A DNA stretch of 64,000 bases from Camelus dromedarius (lineage: Eukaryota), in the NCBI RefSeq assembly GCF_036321535.1, contig NC_087437.1, positions 120,468,001 through 120,532,000 on the forward strand, in the 5' to 3' direction. The notes below the pieces were generated by a model that ran no database searches, was not told the DNA's origin, and saw only the letters and a program-made list of their open reading frames with translations. Below, in pieces: positions 23,880-36,190 of this stretch. Within the stretch, counting starts at the first letter, position 1. Every line of letters starts with the position of its first letter. The position numbers and the translations under genes were made by a program.

Positions 23880-24918
23880 GTACCCACCTGGCCACCAGCT
23901 GTCCCTCTGCTTGCCGTCCCTCCGCAGCTGCCCCACGCCCAGATGGTGGGCTCTGCTGCCCTCCTGACCCACCCCGCTTGCAGCCGTCTTTTCAACTCTG
24001 CTACTGTCCACGGCATGCGGGTCCCTGTTCCGGGAGCGGGGTCAGCTCTGAGGTACGGTCCATAACACCATTCTGCGTCAGGAGGACTGGGGTGCCGCGT
24101 CCTCGAATTCACGAGGCGAGCAGTCAGAGAGCCAGGTGCAGTGGTGGGAGAGGGCTGTCACCGTGCCCGGGGGATCGCGTGGGGTCCAGGAAGGGAGGTC
24201 GGCTCTGCCAGGCATGCTGGGAGGTGGTGCAGGTGCAGGCCGGGCCGTGGGATGTGCATCCCGTTTGCCTCTGGGAGACCGAGGTCCTGGTGGAGCCGCA
24301 CGGGGCAGACGCCTGCTGTGGTGGCGGGCGTGCCTGGGCTGGCCCTGCAGGGACGCCCACAGCAAGTGGGCGTGTAAGTGGCCTGAAGACATTTAGGGAG
24401 ATTTGTTAAATGACTCAGGGCTTGCACAGGTCACATTCCTCTCGTGAAGTGTTGATGTTAAAGCAAAAAGCAATACCAGGTAGAACTGTGGGGTTCCCGC
24501 AGAAACTTGAGATTCGAAGAAGGAATTTGATAAAGTGCTTCATCGTGCAGAGTGGGTCCACTTCCAGGAATCTGCTAAATGGGGAACAGTTACTTAATTT
24601 TTGATGAGTTGTTGGAATATGCAAGTCAGTTTTGAGTCCTTGTGCACAAAAAGTTGGAAGTGCTTGTCCACTGCCCACAGGAGGGAGTCGGGCTCCGGTA
24701 CCGGGTTTTGGTCCACTGTGCTCACCAGGCGGGAGCCTCTCGTGCTCCGGCGGTGGGCTTTGTCCTGTTTCAGACCCCATCAGTTTGCTCTGCTCTCGTC
24801 CCAGGCGAGGCAGCTTCCTGCCAGGCCTGGCGGAGCTGCTACACAGGCTGGCGGCACCAGGCGTCCTTGGGGACACCTCGGCTGTCACTTTAGTCCTTCT
24901 GTTGCTTCTCTTCTGCAG

Positions 24919-24982
24919 GCGAGCAGAACACCATCCAGCTCCAAGAAGGTGACCTTTGGGTTGAGCAGGAACATGACTGCGG
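24919..24982 (+). CDS. RRP1B: RRP1B exon 15 (64 nt; PP1-docking RVxF motif KKVTF)
   Basis: ctgcag|ASRTPSSSKKVTFGLSRNMTA|GTGAGT. Confidence 0.95.
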
Positions 24983-25250
24983 GTGAGTGCAGGTCTGCTC
25001 CTCGAGGCAGTGGGGTCCACTCTGTGGAAGAGGGCCTGGGCTGTCTGGTGGGAGCGGGGGTGCAGCGGGCAGGAGGCGGCGGTGTTCTGGAAGGAGGGCT
25101 CTGGTAGAGGACGCCAAGAGACGCCGCCTTCCAGGCTGCTGGCCCGGATTCCAAAGCCGTGTTGGCCTGGGACTAAGGGTCTGTCAGCTGCAGCTGCCTC
25201 CGCTGAGATTTGCAGCCTCCCTGGCCAAGAGAAGGGAAAGGGGGACGCTC

Positions 25251-25350
25251 TTTTTCTTTTTTTTTTCCCCCTTGATGGTGGCACCGGGGATGGAACCCAG
25301 GACCTCATGCATGCCGAGCACTCGCTCTGCCACTGAGCTGTGCCCCCCAC
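25251..25350 (-). mobile_element. tRNA-derived SINE (Vic-1-like)
   Basis: Same consensus; TSD-like ggacgctct/ggacactct. Confidence 0.85.
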
Positions 25351-25925
25351 CTAGGACACTCTATCTTACTGCTTTTAATACTGTTGCAATTCACTTGTTT
25401 TGTTTTGTTTTTTGAAAGGAAACCAAACTTTCTAGAAGTACGTAATGAGTTTAGGACTGGCTCATTTTAGGGACCAAAAGGAAACGTGTCTGTGTGTGTG
25501 TGTGCCTGTGTGTGTGCGGTGGGGCAGGGCCCTCTGGGAGGACCTGAGAAGCTCTTGTCTTTAGAGCTGGAGAAAATGGGAGGAACAGATCTGCCAGGAA
25601 GGAAAGGCTCCTCCTGCAACGGTTTAAACCTAGGGTTCATCCGAGACCCAAACACGGGGTTCACTGGGCATGTGTTTCATCACTACCCCCACCCCTAAGA
25701 GTGCCTCCTCGGGACCTGACCCGCTGGTGTCTGTGGGGGGAAGTAGCCTTGCTAGTGAGTTCCATTTTCTCCCAAAGCTCTCAGGCGCTCTCTGCGGGGC
25801 CTGGTGCAGGGTCCTGCCCTGCTGGGAGGGAGCGTCCTGGCCCTCGGGGCCTGCGGGAGCGGGACTGGTGGCAGGACAGAGGCATCGCACCCTGTTGACG
25901 TGTGCCTTGCTTTCACCTGGGGCAG

Positions 25926-26119
25926 AATTCAAGAAGACAGACAAGAGTATCCTGGTCAGCCCCACAGGCCCCTCCCGGGTGGCCTTCAACCCCGAGCAGA
26001 GGCCCCTCCACGGGGTCCTGAAGACCCCCACGAGCTCGCCAGCCAGCACCCCCCTGGGGACCAAGAAGCCACTGACTGCCACGCCAAAGAGAAGGCCGAC
26101 GGCTGTGGACTTCATCTGA
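25926..26119 (+). CDS. RRP1B: RRP1B exon 16 coding part (194 nt)
   Basis: gggcag|EFKKTDKSILVSPTGPSRVAFNPEQRPLHGVLK...RRPTAVDFI TGA. Confidence 0.95.
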
Positions 26120-28400
26120 TAGTAGCAGAGTCCTTTTAAAGACTGCGTTTGCACAGGATGTTCTATAAATTGTAACGTTTAAAAGATGGGGCCTTTTTAT
26201 TGTTTTGTAAATTCCCATGAATTGTCCATGTGGCTCTGAGTGTGAGCTCTGGCACTTCTGTGGCCCTGGCCCTTCCAGCAGGGGCTGCGGGCATTGGGTG
26301 CAGCCTTTGCTGCCCACGTTGTCCGTGCCGGAGCCCCTGGGGGTCCACGGCGGTGGGTCCCTCCAGTGCCCCCACTGGTGTGGTGGCTGGGCGCTCAGAC
26401 GGGGTCGCACCGTTGGCTCCCAGCGTCCGGGCTTCCCCGCTAGCCGCCGGCGTGTGCAGCGCTGCTGGGCTGGGCCCGGGCTGCCCTGCTGGGCTAGTTT
26501 TCTGGGTGGTTTTAGTCTAATGGTCTTTCTCCTTTTAAAAGGTGCGCAGGGCCTCGTTCCCACGCCTGTGGGTATTTGGCATCTTACAAGATGAGTCTGG
26601 TCACCACATCAGCAGTGCCGCACTTTCTCTGTGTGCACTCAGTGGGGGTGACCCTGTGAGGGGGCAGGAGAGACACACCTCTGCCCTGGGGGCGCCTCCT
26701 CCCTCCACCTCGGCCCGGTCTCCTGCCCCGGCCTCCTCCCTTGGGCCAGCCCAGGGCGCCCTCAGCGGTGACAGCCGGCACCCCCTCGCTCTCAGCCTGG
26801 CCGGCACGCCCGCTTCCAGGCCCTTGTGCTCGGTTACTCTTGTAAAAAGTGTCTGAGCCCCAACCGGAGTGGCTGGCGGCCCCAGGAGCAGCTTTCCCAC
26901 CCCTGACCCGGACTCTGGCTGCGGAGGCAGGGCAGTGCTGCCTGACACCTGCATGCCCGCCGGAAGCGGGAGACAGCAGCGGCCGCCGAGAGCTGTCTGC
27001 GCTTATTTCTTTGTTCATAGCTACCATTTTTTCGAACATTGACACTTGTACTTACAGATTTTTATAGAGTTATAATTTTAGTTAATTAATAGAATTGGGG
27101 GTGGGAAAGGCCCAGACGTCAGTTGGAGGAGCAGAGGCGCGGCATGGAGCACGCGGTGCGCGAGGAGCCGCAGCCCCAGCCCCGCCCTGCCCCCCGGGCG
27201 CGCCGCCTCCCTGCCTCCGTCTTGAGTTTACTGGCTGACAGGTTGCAGCCTGGGAGGGGGCAGGGGCGGCATCTTCGGGGGAGGACGTGGCTTCTCTTGG
27301 CTCAGGGGATCCCGGGGAATCTCGGGCCTCCAGGAAGTGACAGCTGCCTCCCACCCACCTCCCCACGCAGGAACCCCGCTTTCTCGCCAAAACGCCGGGC
27401 CAGTCGCCTTCGCTTCCCCAGTAAAGGACCCCAGCATTGCCTCGGTCGTCCTAGCCACAACTGGGGGAGACGGGGAGGCCCACTGGAGTCGCAGGGCTGC
27501 GTTGATTTGGCTTTGGTTTCCTTCGTCACGTGACCAGGGTGGAGCCCTCCCTCTGCAAAGACTGTTGTTGATAACTTTGTGGGTCAGATGGGCTGGCCTT
27601 CCGGGGGCCCTGGTGGGAAGGAGGAAGTGTGAACTTTGCTCTTTGCCTGCTCTATAATTAAGTTTTGTCGTAATTAGGCCATGAAAAGAGCCAACACTGC
27701 TGTTGGCCGCTGTGCCTGAGCGGCCCTGTCTTGCGCACGCCGGCCTTGCTGGGGTGGCTGCGTGGTTTTCGGCGCGCTGCGCTTGACGTAATGCTTTAAA
27801 TCACATCGAAACCGACACTGACGGTGTGAAAGGTGAGATTTGGAAAGTCATATATTTTTAACTTTCTGTTTAAAGAAGAAAGCGTCATTATCCTTGGTCA
27901 AATTATTTTTCTAATACTTTTTATTTCAGCTTTAAAGAGGGTCCTCTAGCCAAATGGGCCACGTAATCCAGTGATGTTAAGATGTCCTAGCAGGACACCC
28001 AAAGGCAAAAGAGGCGTGTCTGTTCAGGTTCATGCAGGAGCGCCTTCGCTCTGGCTGAGGCACCAGGGGAGCGCCCTGCCTGTGGGCCGGGGCCTCGGCG
28101 TGGCAGTGTGCCTTGGACTCCATCTGCCCTCTAAATCTGTCCTAACTTACCCCATCTTGTGGGTGAGAACAGTAGGTTTACTGTGGTTCATTTTTAATGC
28201 CTACATTTTGGCAACAAGAGAAGGGAAAACAAAAACAATTTTTTAAAATTCTTACTCCGTGTACTCACCAGAGTGTCACATGAGCAGAATGTATTTAGAC
28301 GACCGGTTTTCTATTTGATGCATGTTATTTTCCTAAATGAAATCGCCAGAGGGACTTGGCAGTTTCCCAAAAAAGGAAATAATTTAAATATTTAAATTAG

Positions 28401-28556
28401 TGCTGGTGATCTCACAGTATTTTTTAAGATGGCCGTCTCCCCCTGTGCCCCATCGGACCGATCGGTTTTGTACAATTTGTACCACACTTTACAAATGTAC
28501 TGTCCTTTCTAACTTTTACTGCACCGTGAGCACAGAGTACAAAAAAGGCGGGGGCA
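28401..28556. repeat. 156-bp direct repeat, copy 1
   Basis: Matches 29018-29173 with 7 substitutions and no gaps. Confidence 0.95.
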
Positions 28557-28713
28557 GTCCCGGTGTCGGAGAGAAGATGAAATCGAATCCGTTGTTTGAC
28601 TTGTGTGTGTGTGTTCTCTGAATTTTCCTGACTCTGACAAGGGCTGTCTGTCCACAATCAACTCATGTTCATGTCTGCAGGGTTCATCAGCATGTGTCAA
28701 AGCCAAGTCCAGT

Positions 28714-28719
28714 AATAAA
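28714..28719 (+). terminator. RRP1B: Likely RRP1B poly(A) signal AATAAA (3'UTR about 26120-28740)
   Basis: First canonical AATAAA I found after the stop codon; followed about 20 nt later by GT/T-rich ctgtgtttgattct. Confidence 0.6.
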
Positions 28720-29017
28720 TCCATCCTTGCCCTCAGATCTGTGTTTGATTCTGACCGTCGGGATGCGCATAACCTGCCTCTCTGGGAACTGCTATGAAGC
28801 AGCAGGTGAGGGTGTCGGGTCGGTGGTTAGTGTTTGAGAGCCGGAGTCTGGGGCACCTGCCCTGTTGTGCGGCCACTGCCAGAGCCGGTGACGGGGGTGC
28901 TGGGCACATCTTCCTCTGCGGCTGCTCACGGATGCTCCCGTTTCTCCATGTCTTTGAGGATGGGCGGGGACCCCGGGCTCCACCCCAGAGAAGTGTTCCC
29001 CACTGGGGACCCCCTCC

Positions 29018-29173
29018 TGCTGGTGATCTCACAGTACTTTGTAAGATGGCCGTCTCCCCCTGTGCCCCATTGGACTGATCGGTTTTGTACAATTTGTACC
29101 ACACTTTACAAATGTACTGTCCTTTCTAACTTTTACTGCACCGTGAGCACAGAGTATTAAAAAGGTGGGGGCA
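29018..29173. repeat. 156-bp direct repeat, copy 2
   Basis: Matches 28401-28556; flanked by GGACCCCCTCCTG at 29007-29019 and 29177-29189. Confidence 0.95.
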
Positions 29174-30439
29174 AATGGACCCCCTCCTGTTACCCAGCCT
29201 GGCCCGCCCGGCCGGCCGTGGGGCAGGCAGAACACAGCCTTTGTGCCCTTCGCTTTGATGTTCCCTGAGCAAACCCCGTTGTGCTTTGGATCCCACACAG
29301 GGTCACTTAACTCATAAAGTAATACCTAGAATCCAGGAAGGCGCCCCCTGCACGTGTCCTGCCCTCACCCCAGTCCCAGCTGCAGGACCCCGAGGCTTTG
29401 GTCACGTGACACTGCCTTTGCTCACCCCTCCCTGCAGCAAGGGGCGCACTTCCAGGTCAGTCTCTTGCTGTTCTAGGCAGAGCTCAGGTGTCAGCTGAGG
29501 AGTCCAGTCTGCAGCTCCCTGAGGTGCATGCAGGTTCCCAGCAGGGTCTGTTCTCGGGGACACCCGGGCTCCGCTGTTCGCCTTTGCCCGGTTCTTGTTC
29601 CCCGTTCCTTCCCCCGATGTGGGGCACGAGGCCTCGTCCTGCCCCCCTGCCCCAAGACACTGCAGGCATCGGGAGCAGAACTGTTCCTGAAGGTTTAGGG
29701 TTAGGGGCGGGGCCAGGTCACCCCCAACAACCTAAAGTCACGCTGGAAACACGTCATTTTTCGGAGTGGGGTTTCTGGGGATGTCACACCATTTCCATGC
29801 CTCCGGCTCTGAGCCTGGGGTGGGCCAGTGCCCATGCTCCCACCCACAGTCTTGATACAGTTCAGCTCCACCCAGCAGCCCCTCCCCGCGCGCTCAGCGA
29901 GGAGGGACCCCGCTTCCTACACTGCAGACAACAGCCTCGCCTGTGGCTGGAGCCACCACCCTCCTTAGAAGGCACCACAGAACACTGACAATGTATCCTC
30001 TCCATCACTCAGTCTGCAAGTGCTGAGCGCCTGCCGTGTGCGGGCCCTGTTCTGTGCTCCCTGCCGCGGCCGCAACAGCGCAGACAAAAGCAGTACCCCG
30101 ACGAAGCTGACCCACTGGGGACAGCAGGTGACCCCGCAAGCTATGTCAGCTGGGGACAAGAGCCCCAAATGGGAGAAAACAAAGCGGGGAGAAGGCCAGG
30201 AGTGCATCAGGGCCAAGTGCTGTCTTGTGAGTGATAAGCCCCCACCCGCAGGTCTGGCCAGTTTTGTAAGATTGGTGTCAGACTTCACAAACGTGTTGCC
30301 CTTCTCAGTTTCTAATGAACTTAAAGCACAAAGAAACATAAAGACAATCTGGAAGCAGTTGCTAGTTTTATAAAGTGTTGGGAAGAATATTAAATTGAAA
30401 CTTAATTTTGTCTTTTTTACCTGACTGCGGGGCAAGGAC

Positions 30440-30600
30440 TATTTACAAGAAGGTAACATTTGAACAGAGATCAAAAGATTGAAAAATGAGCCACGGACGT
30501 ATATAGAGCAAGTATCGAAAGCAGAAGACACAGCACGTACAAAGACCCTGGGGCAGGGGCGTGTGCAGCGAGTTCAAAGAGCAGCGAGCAGAGGTGGGGC
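30440..30600 (-). mobile_element. L2-like fragment
   Basis: aaggtaacatttgaacagagatc...cagcacgtacaaagaccctg. Confidence 0.45.
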
Positions 30601-32401
30601 CTGGAGAATGGCCACCTGACGGGCTCAGGGAAACCTCTCCCAGGAGAGGCCTGGCGTGCTGCTCAAAACTGGCAGTCATCCAGAGTCCCAAAAGACAGCA
30701 AAGGGCTCAGCTCAAATTGAGAAGCATTTACTCAGTAACATCTGCAGACGCGGCGAACAGAGGAGGCTGTGTCAGTCAAGCGAGGGGCTGCACCCAGAGC
30801 CCCGCCTTGCAGAGCCGGCTTCAGTGGGTTGGCACTGGGGCCCCCTCCCCCCCGGCCTCCCTGGGGTGCAGGAGCCTTTCCACGTGGCCTTGTAGACCCA
30901 GCAGCTGATGAGTAACTTCACCGCTTCCACAGCCGCCCCGGAACACAGACAGGGCCGGAGGCGGGTGAGGGCTGCCTAGGCGCTGTGAGGGCGCGCCTTC
31001 TGAAATGCAGACAGAGGGGGACCCTGCCACTTGGAGCAAAAGCCTGTGTCTCTGCAGCCCCAGGGAGATGTGGGGGCTTCTCCCAGGGGGACCCCCTCCT
31101 GCCAGGCTCTGCTTTACAGAAGCCATTGCATCTAGTCCTCACTGCTTCCTGGAGGGTAAGTTCCAGGATGAGTCCACGGTCACAGACGGGAAAGGAGGCT
31201 TGGAGACGTCGGGCTCTGGCCTAGACCTCACAGCTCACACGTGGCTGATCCCAGCTCCCCCATCTGCGGAGCCCAGGTCCCCCCCACCCCAACGCCACCA
31301 GGCCCTGGTCCCGCCATGTAGCTAAGGGTTAGGGCCCCCAGAACCCCAGGCTTCAGACACACACAGTGGGAGATGTGCTGGTGCAGAGACCAGCGTTAGC
31401 CTGGGTCCCTGGACATAGAAGCTTCCTCAGCCAATACTTGCTGAACTGAATCAACCCAGTTGCAAACCTACAAGAGCAAAGGGGTTCCTTCGCTCTGCAT
31501 CCACCAGGTCCAGGCTGGAGGAATCCTGCCAGGGCCCTCAGCTTCAGCACTCCCCATGGCCTTGATGTTTCTGAGCTACATGTGAGCAGAGCAAACAGCC
31601 CCGCCGATTCCGGAGACACGCCGTCCAGAGCGAGCTGACACCGACGCCGGCCAAGGGTTGGCTTAGATTCCTCTCAGCTGAACCCTCTCAGGGAAAATGA
31701 TGGACGGCATGGCGTTCTATCCCAGACACTCCGGCCGGCCCCAACAGGGCGCCGTCCCCCAGAAGTGCCCCTCCTCCAGCACAAATCATCGTCTGCCTTT
31801 GCCTCCAAGCTGCGGATCTACTTGGGACCTCAGGGGTCCGTAAACTCTGGAATTAGCGCACGGGCAGCAGACACATATGTGGCTGGATTGCCTAAGAAGT
31901 CGCCAAAACTCTGGGATAAACTATTATTTCACCAACCCTCCCCCAACTAAATCTCACTTTTCTATAAATGAAACTTAAGCCAAGTCCAAGTTTTGTTTAA
32001 AAGCACAGCATGAACGCAGGACGGCGGCAGGGCTGGCGCTGCTTCCTGAGCCTGCAGCGCCTCCTGGAACCGAGTCCGACGCCGGCCTGAGCGTCCTGCG
32101 GTGATGCCGCTGGGGGACTGGGAGGTGGGGACGCCCAGCCCCCCACCCCGTGCCACCTGCCCATGTGGCGCAGCTGCAGGAAGACCTAGAGCTCCCACCC
32201 CGCGAACGCTCAGTGAAGGAAGGAGCCCGCGGAGGCTGGCAAAGGCGGAGGCCAGCCCGTGCCTCCTTTCTGAGGAAAGCCGGGACCTGGGTGTCAGGCA
32301 GACCTGGTCTTCAGTTCATTTACAAAACAGACTGGCCTTTGGACCAGGCACCGTCACCCCCAGCCTGGCAAGGAGGAGGCCCAAGGCCACTCGCTGTGGG
32401 G

Positions 32402-33000
32402 CTTGTGAAATAAAATTCAGAGTTTATGGCAAGACAAGAAAAATGTAACCGTGAAGCACTCTCTCTGCCCTTCGGCCTCCTCTCCCCTCTCACTGTGCAC
32501 CGTGTGTCTGCGTTAATGCGCCCACCACACACCCCCCACCGTCGGCAGAAACTCCTGTTCAACCTCAGGGCGCAGCGTTCTCCCAGCACCAGCAGGGCAG
32601 CTCCTTAACATTCCTTCCTGGTCTTGCTAGGAGCCACGGTGACGCTTAGATCTGGGTTGTGCATAAACTGTCAAGAGAACATCATTTGATGTGTGGCCCT
32701 TTGTCTCATAAACTTCTACAAATATGCCTTTATTTGGCAGGGGAGTAATTGGGCTTTTTATTTACTTTTTTTAATGGAGGTACTGGGGGTTGAACCCAGG
32801 ACCTCGTGCATGCTAAGCACACGCTCTGCCACTGAGCTCCACCCTCTCCCTGCCCCCCACACCCGCCGTGCCTTTATTTCTAAGGGGTGGAACAGTTCTA
32901 AGTTCTCTGAGATGCTGTTCTCAGGTTATAATCCTCAGATTTAGCTTGAATGAAGTTTTCCATTTCTTTTTTAGATTGATGGATTAATTTTTCATTGACA
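32402..33000 (+). mobile_element. ERV solo LTR (family B), interrupted by a SINE
   Basis: Collinear homology with 46634-47935; ends ...cattgaCA with a degenerate poly(A) signal. Confidence 0.75.
32736..32868 (-). mobile_element. tRNA-derived SINE (Vic-1-like)
   Basis: SINE consensus; TSD tgcctttattt at 32725-32735 and 32869-32879. Confidence 0.9.
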
Positions 33001-33744
33001 GGTTTGAGGGGAAGTGACAGGTGAGGGGCTTCCAGAGTGGGGTCCCCTTCAGGGCCAGCGGGTTCATACACCACTGTGCCCTCTGACCTTTCTCTGGGAA
33101 CATCCACCCAAAGAGGTGCCCCACGTGGGCAGGGGGCCAGCAAGGGTGGGGCCAGGTCCCCCGGGAGGCCCTTGTTCTGGTCCTAACGGTGGGGGCTCTT
33201 GGCGGCTCCGGAACCACCCCAGAGGAGGCAGCTGTCCCCCCTTGTGGGCTATGACGCTACGTTTCCCTTTGGAGACGCAGATCACACTGAGTTCTTAAGC
33301 CAATGAGACAGGGGCCGGGCCACCTGCATTTTGACTCAGTTCAGCCTCGTGTTTGTCAGATGCCTGAACCCCTGCAATTCCTGCCGGCATGAGTCACAGC
33401 CTGCTGACTAAGGCTGTAGCCTGTCAGTCTTTAAATCCTATAATTACTTCTCGACCGAGGTTTTTAACAACAAACGTCGACAATATACTCAAGTGGCAGC
33501 TCCGGGGTGTGAGTCCCATTTCACAGGCACTTCCTCCCGAGCGCCACGGCTGCTCCCCCTGCGCCCACGTCCTGGCCTGAGGGTCACACTGACCGTGATG
33601 ACTCTGAAAAGGCAGCAGGTTCCACGCCCAGAATTTCCCCCAATCACTGACTTTCTGGTAGTAAGAGGAGATGTCACCGCCCTTTCCTCCCCAGGAGCCA
33701 TTCTGGCAACGCTATTTATTTTTAACACAGCTGAGCTGGTCACT

Positions 33745-34305
33745 TTATTCTTTTTTTTTTAAGTCAGGTATAATTGATTTACAATGTGTTAATTTCTGGT
33801 GCGCAGCATAATGATTCAGTTATATATGTGTATATTCCTTTTCATATGCTTTTTTTTAATTTTATATTTTCTTTTAACATTTTTTATTGATTTATAATCA
33901 TTTTACAATGTTGTGTCAAATTCCAGTGTAGAGCACAATTTTTCAGTTATACATGAACATATATATATTCACATTTTTTTCTCTGTGGGCCACCATAAGA
34001 TCTTGTGTACATTTCCCTGTGCTATACAGTATAATCTTGTTTATCTGCTCTACAATTCTGAATCCTTTTCATATTCTCTTTCATCATAGGCCACTACAAG
34101 GTATTGAGTCTAGTTCCCTGTGCTGCACAGTAGGACCTTGCTGTTTATCTATTTTATATATAGTAGTTAGTATCTGCAAATCTCGAACTCCCAATTTTTC
34201 CTTTCTCACCCCCTTTCCCCGCTGGTAAATACATTTGTTCTTCATGTCTGTGAGTCTGTTTCTGGTTTGTAAATTAGTTCTTTTGTGTCCTTCTTTTTAG
34301 ATCGG
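33745..34305 (-). mobile_element. L1 3'UTR fragment with a nested younger L1 3' end (33848-34062)
   Basis: Two poly-T tails; inner element bounded by tccttttcatat at 33836-33847 and 34063-34074. Confidence 0.85.
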
Positions 34306-34789
34306 CAACTTTATCTTAAATGATGGATGCATGAATACGTGCGGAAGTCTGCCCATGAAAATGCTGCAAAGGTGAGCATGAGGCTGGAGGGGACGCAGGC
34401 ATGCTTTGCCACAATCTGGTCCCAAGGTGCTGGACAGAGTCCCCCTTCTTTGCCTTCAGAACCGTGAGCCTCCCTCCCCTCCCCTGCCCCATTCTGACCG
34501 CACGGCTCACCACCTCCTCCGCAAGCCCTCTGGTTCGTGGGGATCCCTTGGCTGGAAGGCCCCCCAACCCTTCCCAGCCAGTTCTGAATCCCAGGGCCCC
34601 GTAGGAGCTGCTCAGTGAGTTTGGGAATGCACTGAGCCCTCAGTGGGCCCCTCCCGGCTGACTGTGGACCCTGCCCAGGCTTTGGAGTCGGTGAACTGTT
34701 GGAATAGGTGCTATGAGTCCATGGTGCTACCCTGGGAGAGCATCCAGCCCTCACATCATTCCATGTCGTCCCCCCTATTCCTAACCCCA

Positions 34790-35235
34790 TGTTGGGCATT
34801 GAACTGTGGCCCCAAAATGCAGCAGTAGCCCAAACCCCCAGTACCTGTGCTTGTGACCTTATTTGGAAAAAGGTCTTTGCAGACAGTCAAGCTAAGACGA
34901 GGTCATCAGGGTGGGCCCTCATCCTAATTAGACTGCGTTCTTGTGAGAAGGGAAGATTCAGACAGAGGCGCACAGGGGGACACCACATGAAGACGAAGGC
35001 GGAGATCGGGGCCATGCTTCTCGAGTCTGAGGAACCCCAGAGATGGCCAGCACGTCGCCAGAAACTACGGAGAGCCTGGAGCGGAGTCTCCCTCCAAGTC
35101 CAAGAAGGAACCGACCCTGCCCACGCCTCGGTCTCGACTTCCAGCCCCCAGAGTTGAGAGGGAACACCTCTCTGTTGTTTGAGCCGCTCGGTTGCAGTAC
35201 TCTGTCACAGCAGCCCTCAAAGCCCCATCTTCACA
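34790..35235 (+). mobile_element. MaLR LTR (MLT1-like)
   Basis: ttgaactgtggcccc...gtgaccttatttggaaaaaggtctttgcaga...gacttccagccccca. Confidence 0.8.
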
Positions 35236-35847
35236 AATGAGCGCCGAGGCACAGAAAGGTGGCGTAAGGCAGGAAGCAGCGGGGCTGGTTTTGAACCCCA
35301 GCGGTGACAGAGCCGGCAGTCCGCATTCCCTCAACAGATACGTGCTGAAATGTGTCAAAGCGAACGGGACGGCTTCGGGGGTGGGGTCACAGTCAGGAGA
35401 CGAGCTTCTTAGGGTCCTGTGTCTGGCGGGGAGGATGTGATCCCTGAACAAAATACTTCCTCCTGTCTGACCCAAGGTCCCTCTATAGCAAAACCTGAAC
35501 ACCTCCTCCCTGAAATGAACCTGCTACGCTCCCCTGCTTTGTAATATAAAGGAGAAACACGTTTATAACTAGAACAACTGCTTTCGACATGTGAATGGCT
35601 GGGTGAGGACTGTGCTTGGGCTGACGTGCTGAGCACCACAATGAACAATGACAGAAGCCAGAGATGCAGGCGGAGACGCACTGAATGGACCACTCAGATC
35701 CCATCAGGGGTTGCCATTGGAAACCCGGTTTTATGAAATGATGAGCAGAGCTAGGTGAAGATCAGAACAAAGCTAAGCGCAATCTTCTGTCAATTTGTGT
35801 GGCGTATGCACTCCTAGAGAATTATATTAATGCCACACAAAAATATC

Positions 35848-36190
35848 TGTGTTTGTTGGTCAGTTCGGGCGGCCAGAACAGAACACCGCACTTGGACAAT
35901 TTAAATCACAGGCATTCATTTCTCACAGTTCTGGAGTCTGGATGTCTGGGATGTGGCTTCTCGGTGACGCCCTCTCCCTGGTTCATGGGTGACCGTCTTC
36001 TCACTGTGTCCTCACCTGTGGAGGGAGAGGGGGAGCCCTCCAGCCTTCCCCTTATGGGGCCCCTAATCCCTTCGGAACAGGGCCCCACCCTTATGACCTC
36101 ATTTAACCTTAATTACTTCCTTGTTCCAATACACTGGGGGTTCAGGACCTCAGCAGATGGATTTGGGGGGGCACAGTCCAGTCCACAGCA
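35848..36190 (-). mobile_element. MaLR LTR (MLT1-like)
   Basis: atttctcacagttctggag...atgacctcatttaaccttaattac. Confidence 0.75.

Larger units (their letters stand above)
3443..26119 (+). other. RRP1B: RRP1B gene, ribosomal RNA processing 1B, coding span; 16 exons, 2241 nt, 746 aa
   Basis: Manually assembled exons give one open frame from MAPAMQPAEIQFAQRLAS to RRPTAVDFI*; Nop52 domain in the N-terminal exons; all introns GT-AG. Confidence 0.96.

Noticed and set aside
24415..25350. 311-aa antisense ORF
   Set aside because: Begins inside a SINE at a non-ATG codon, in GC-rich sequence, with no recognisable domain.
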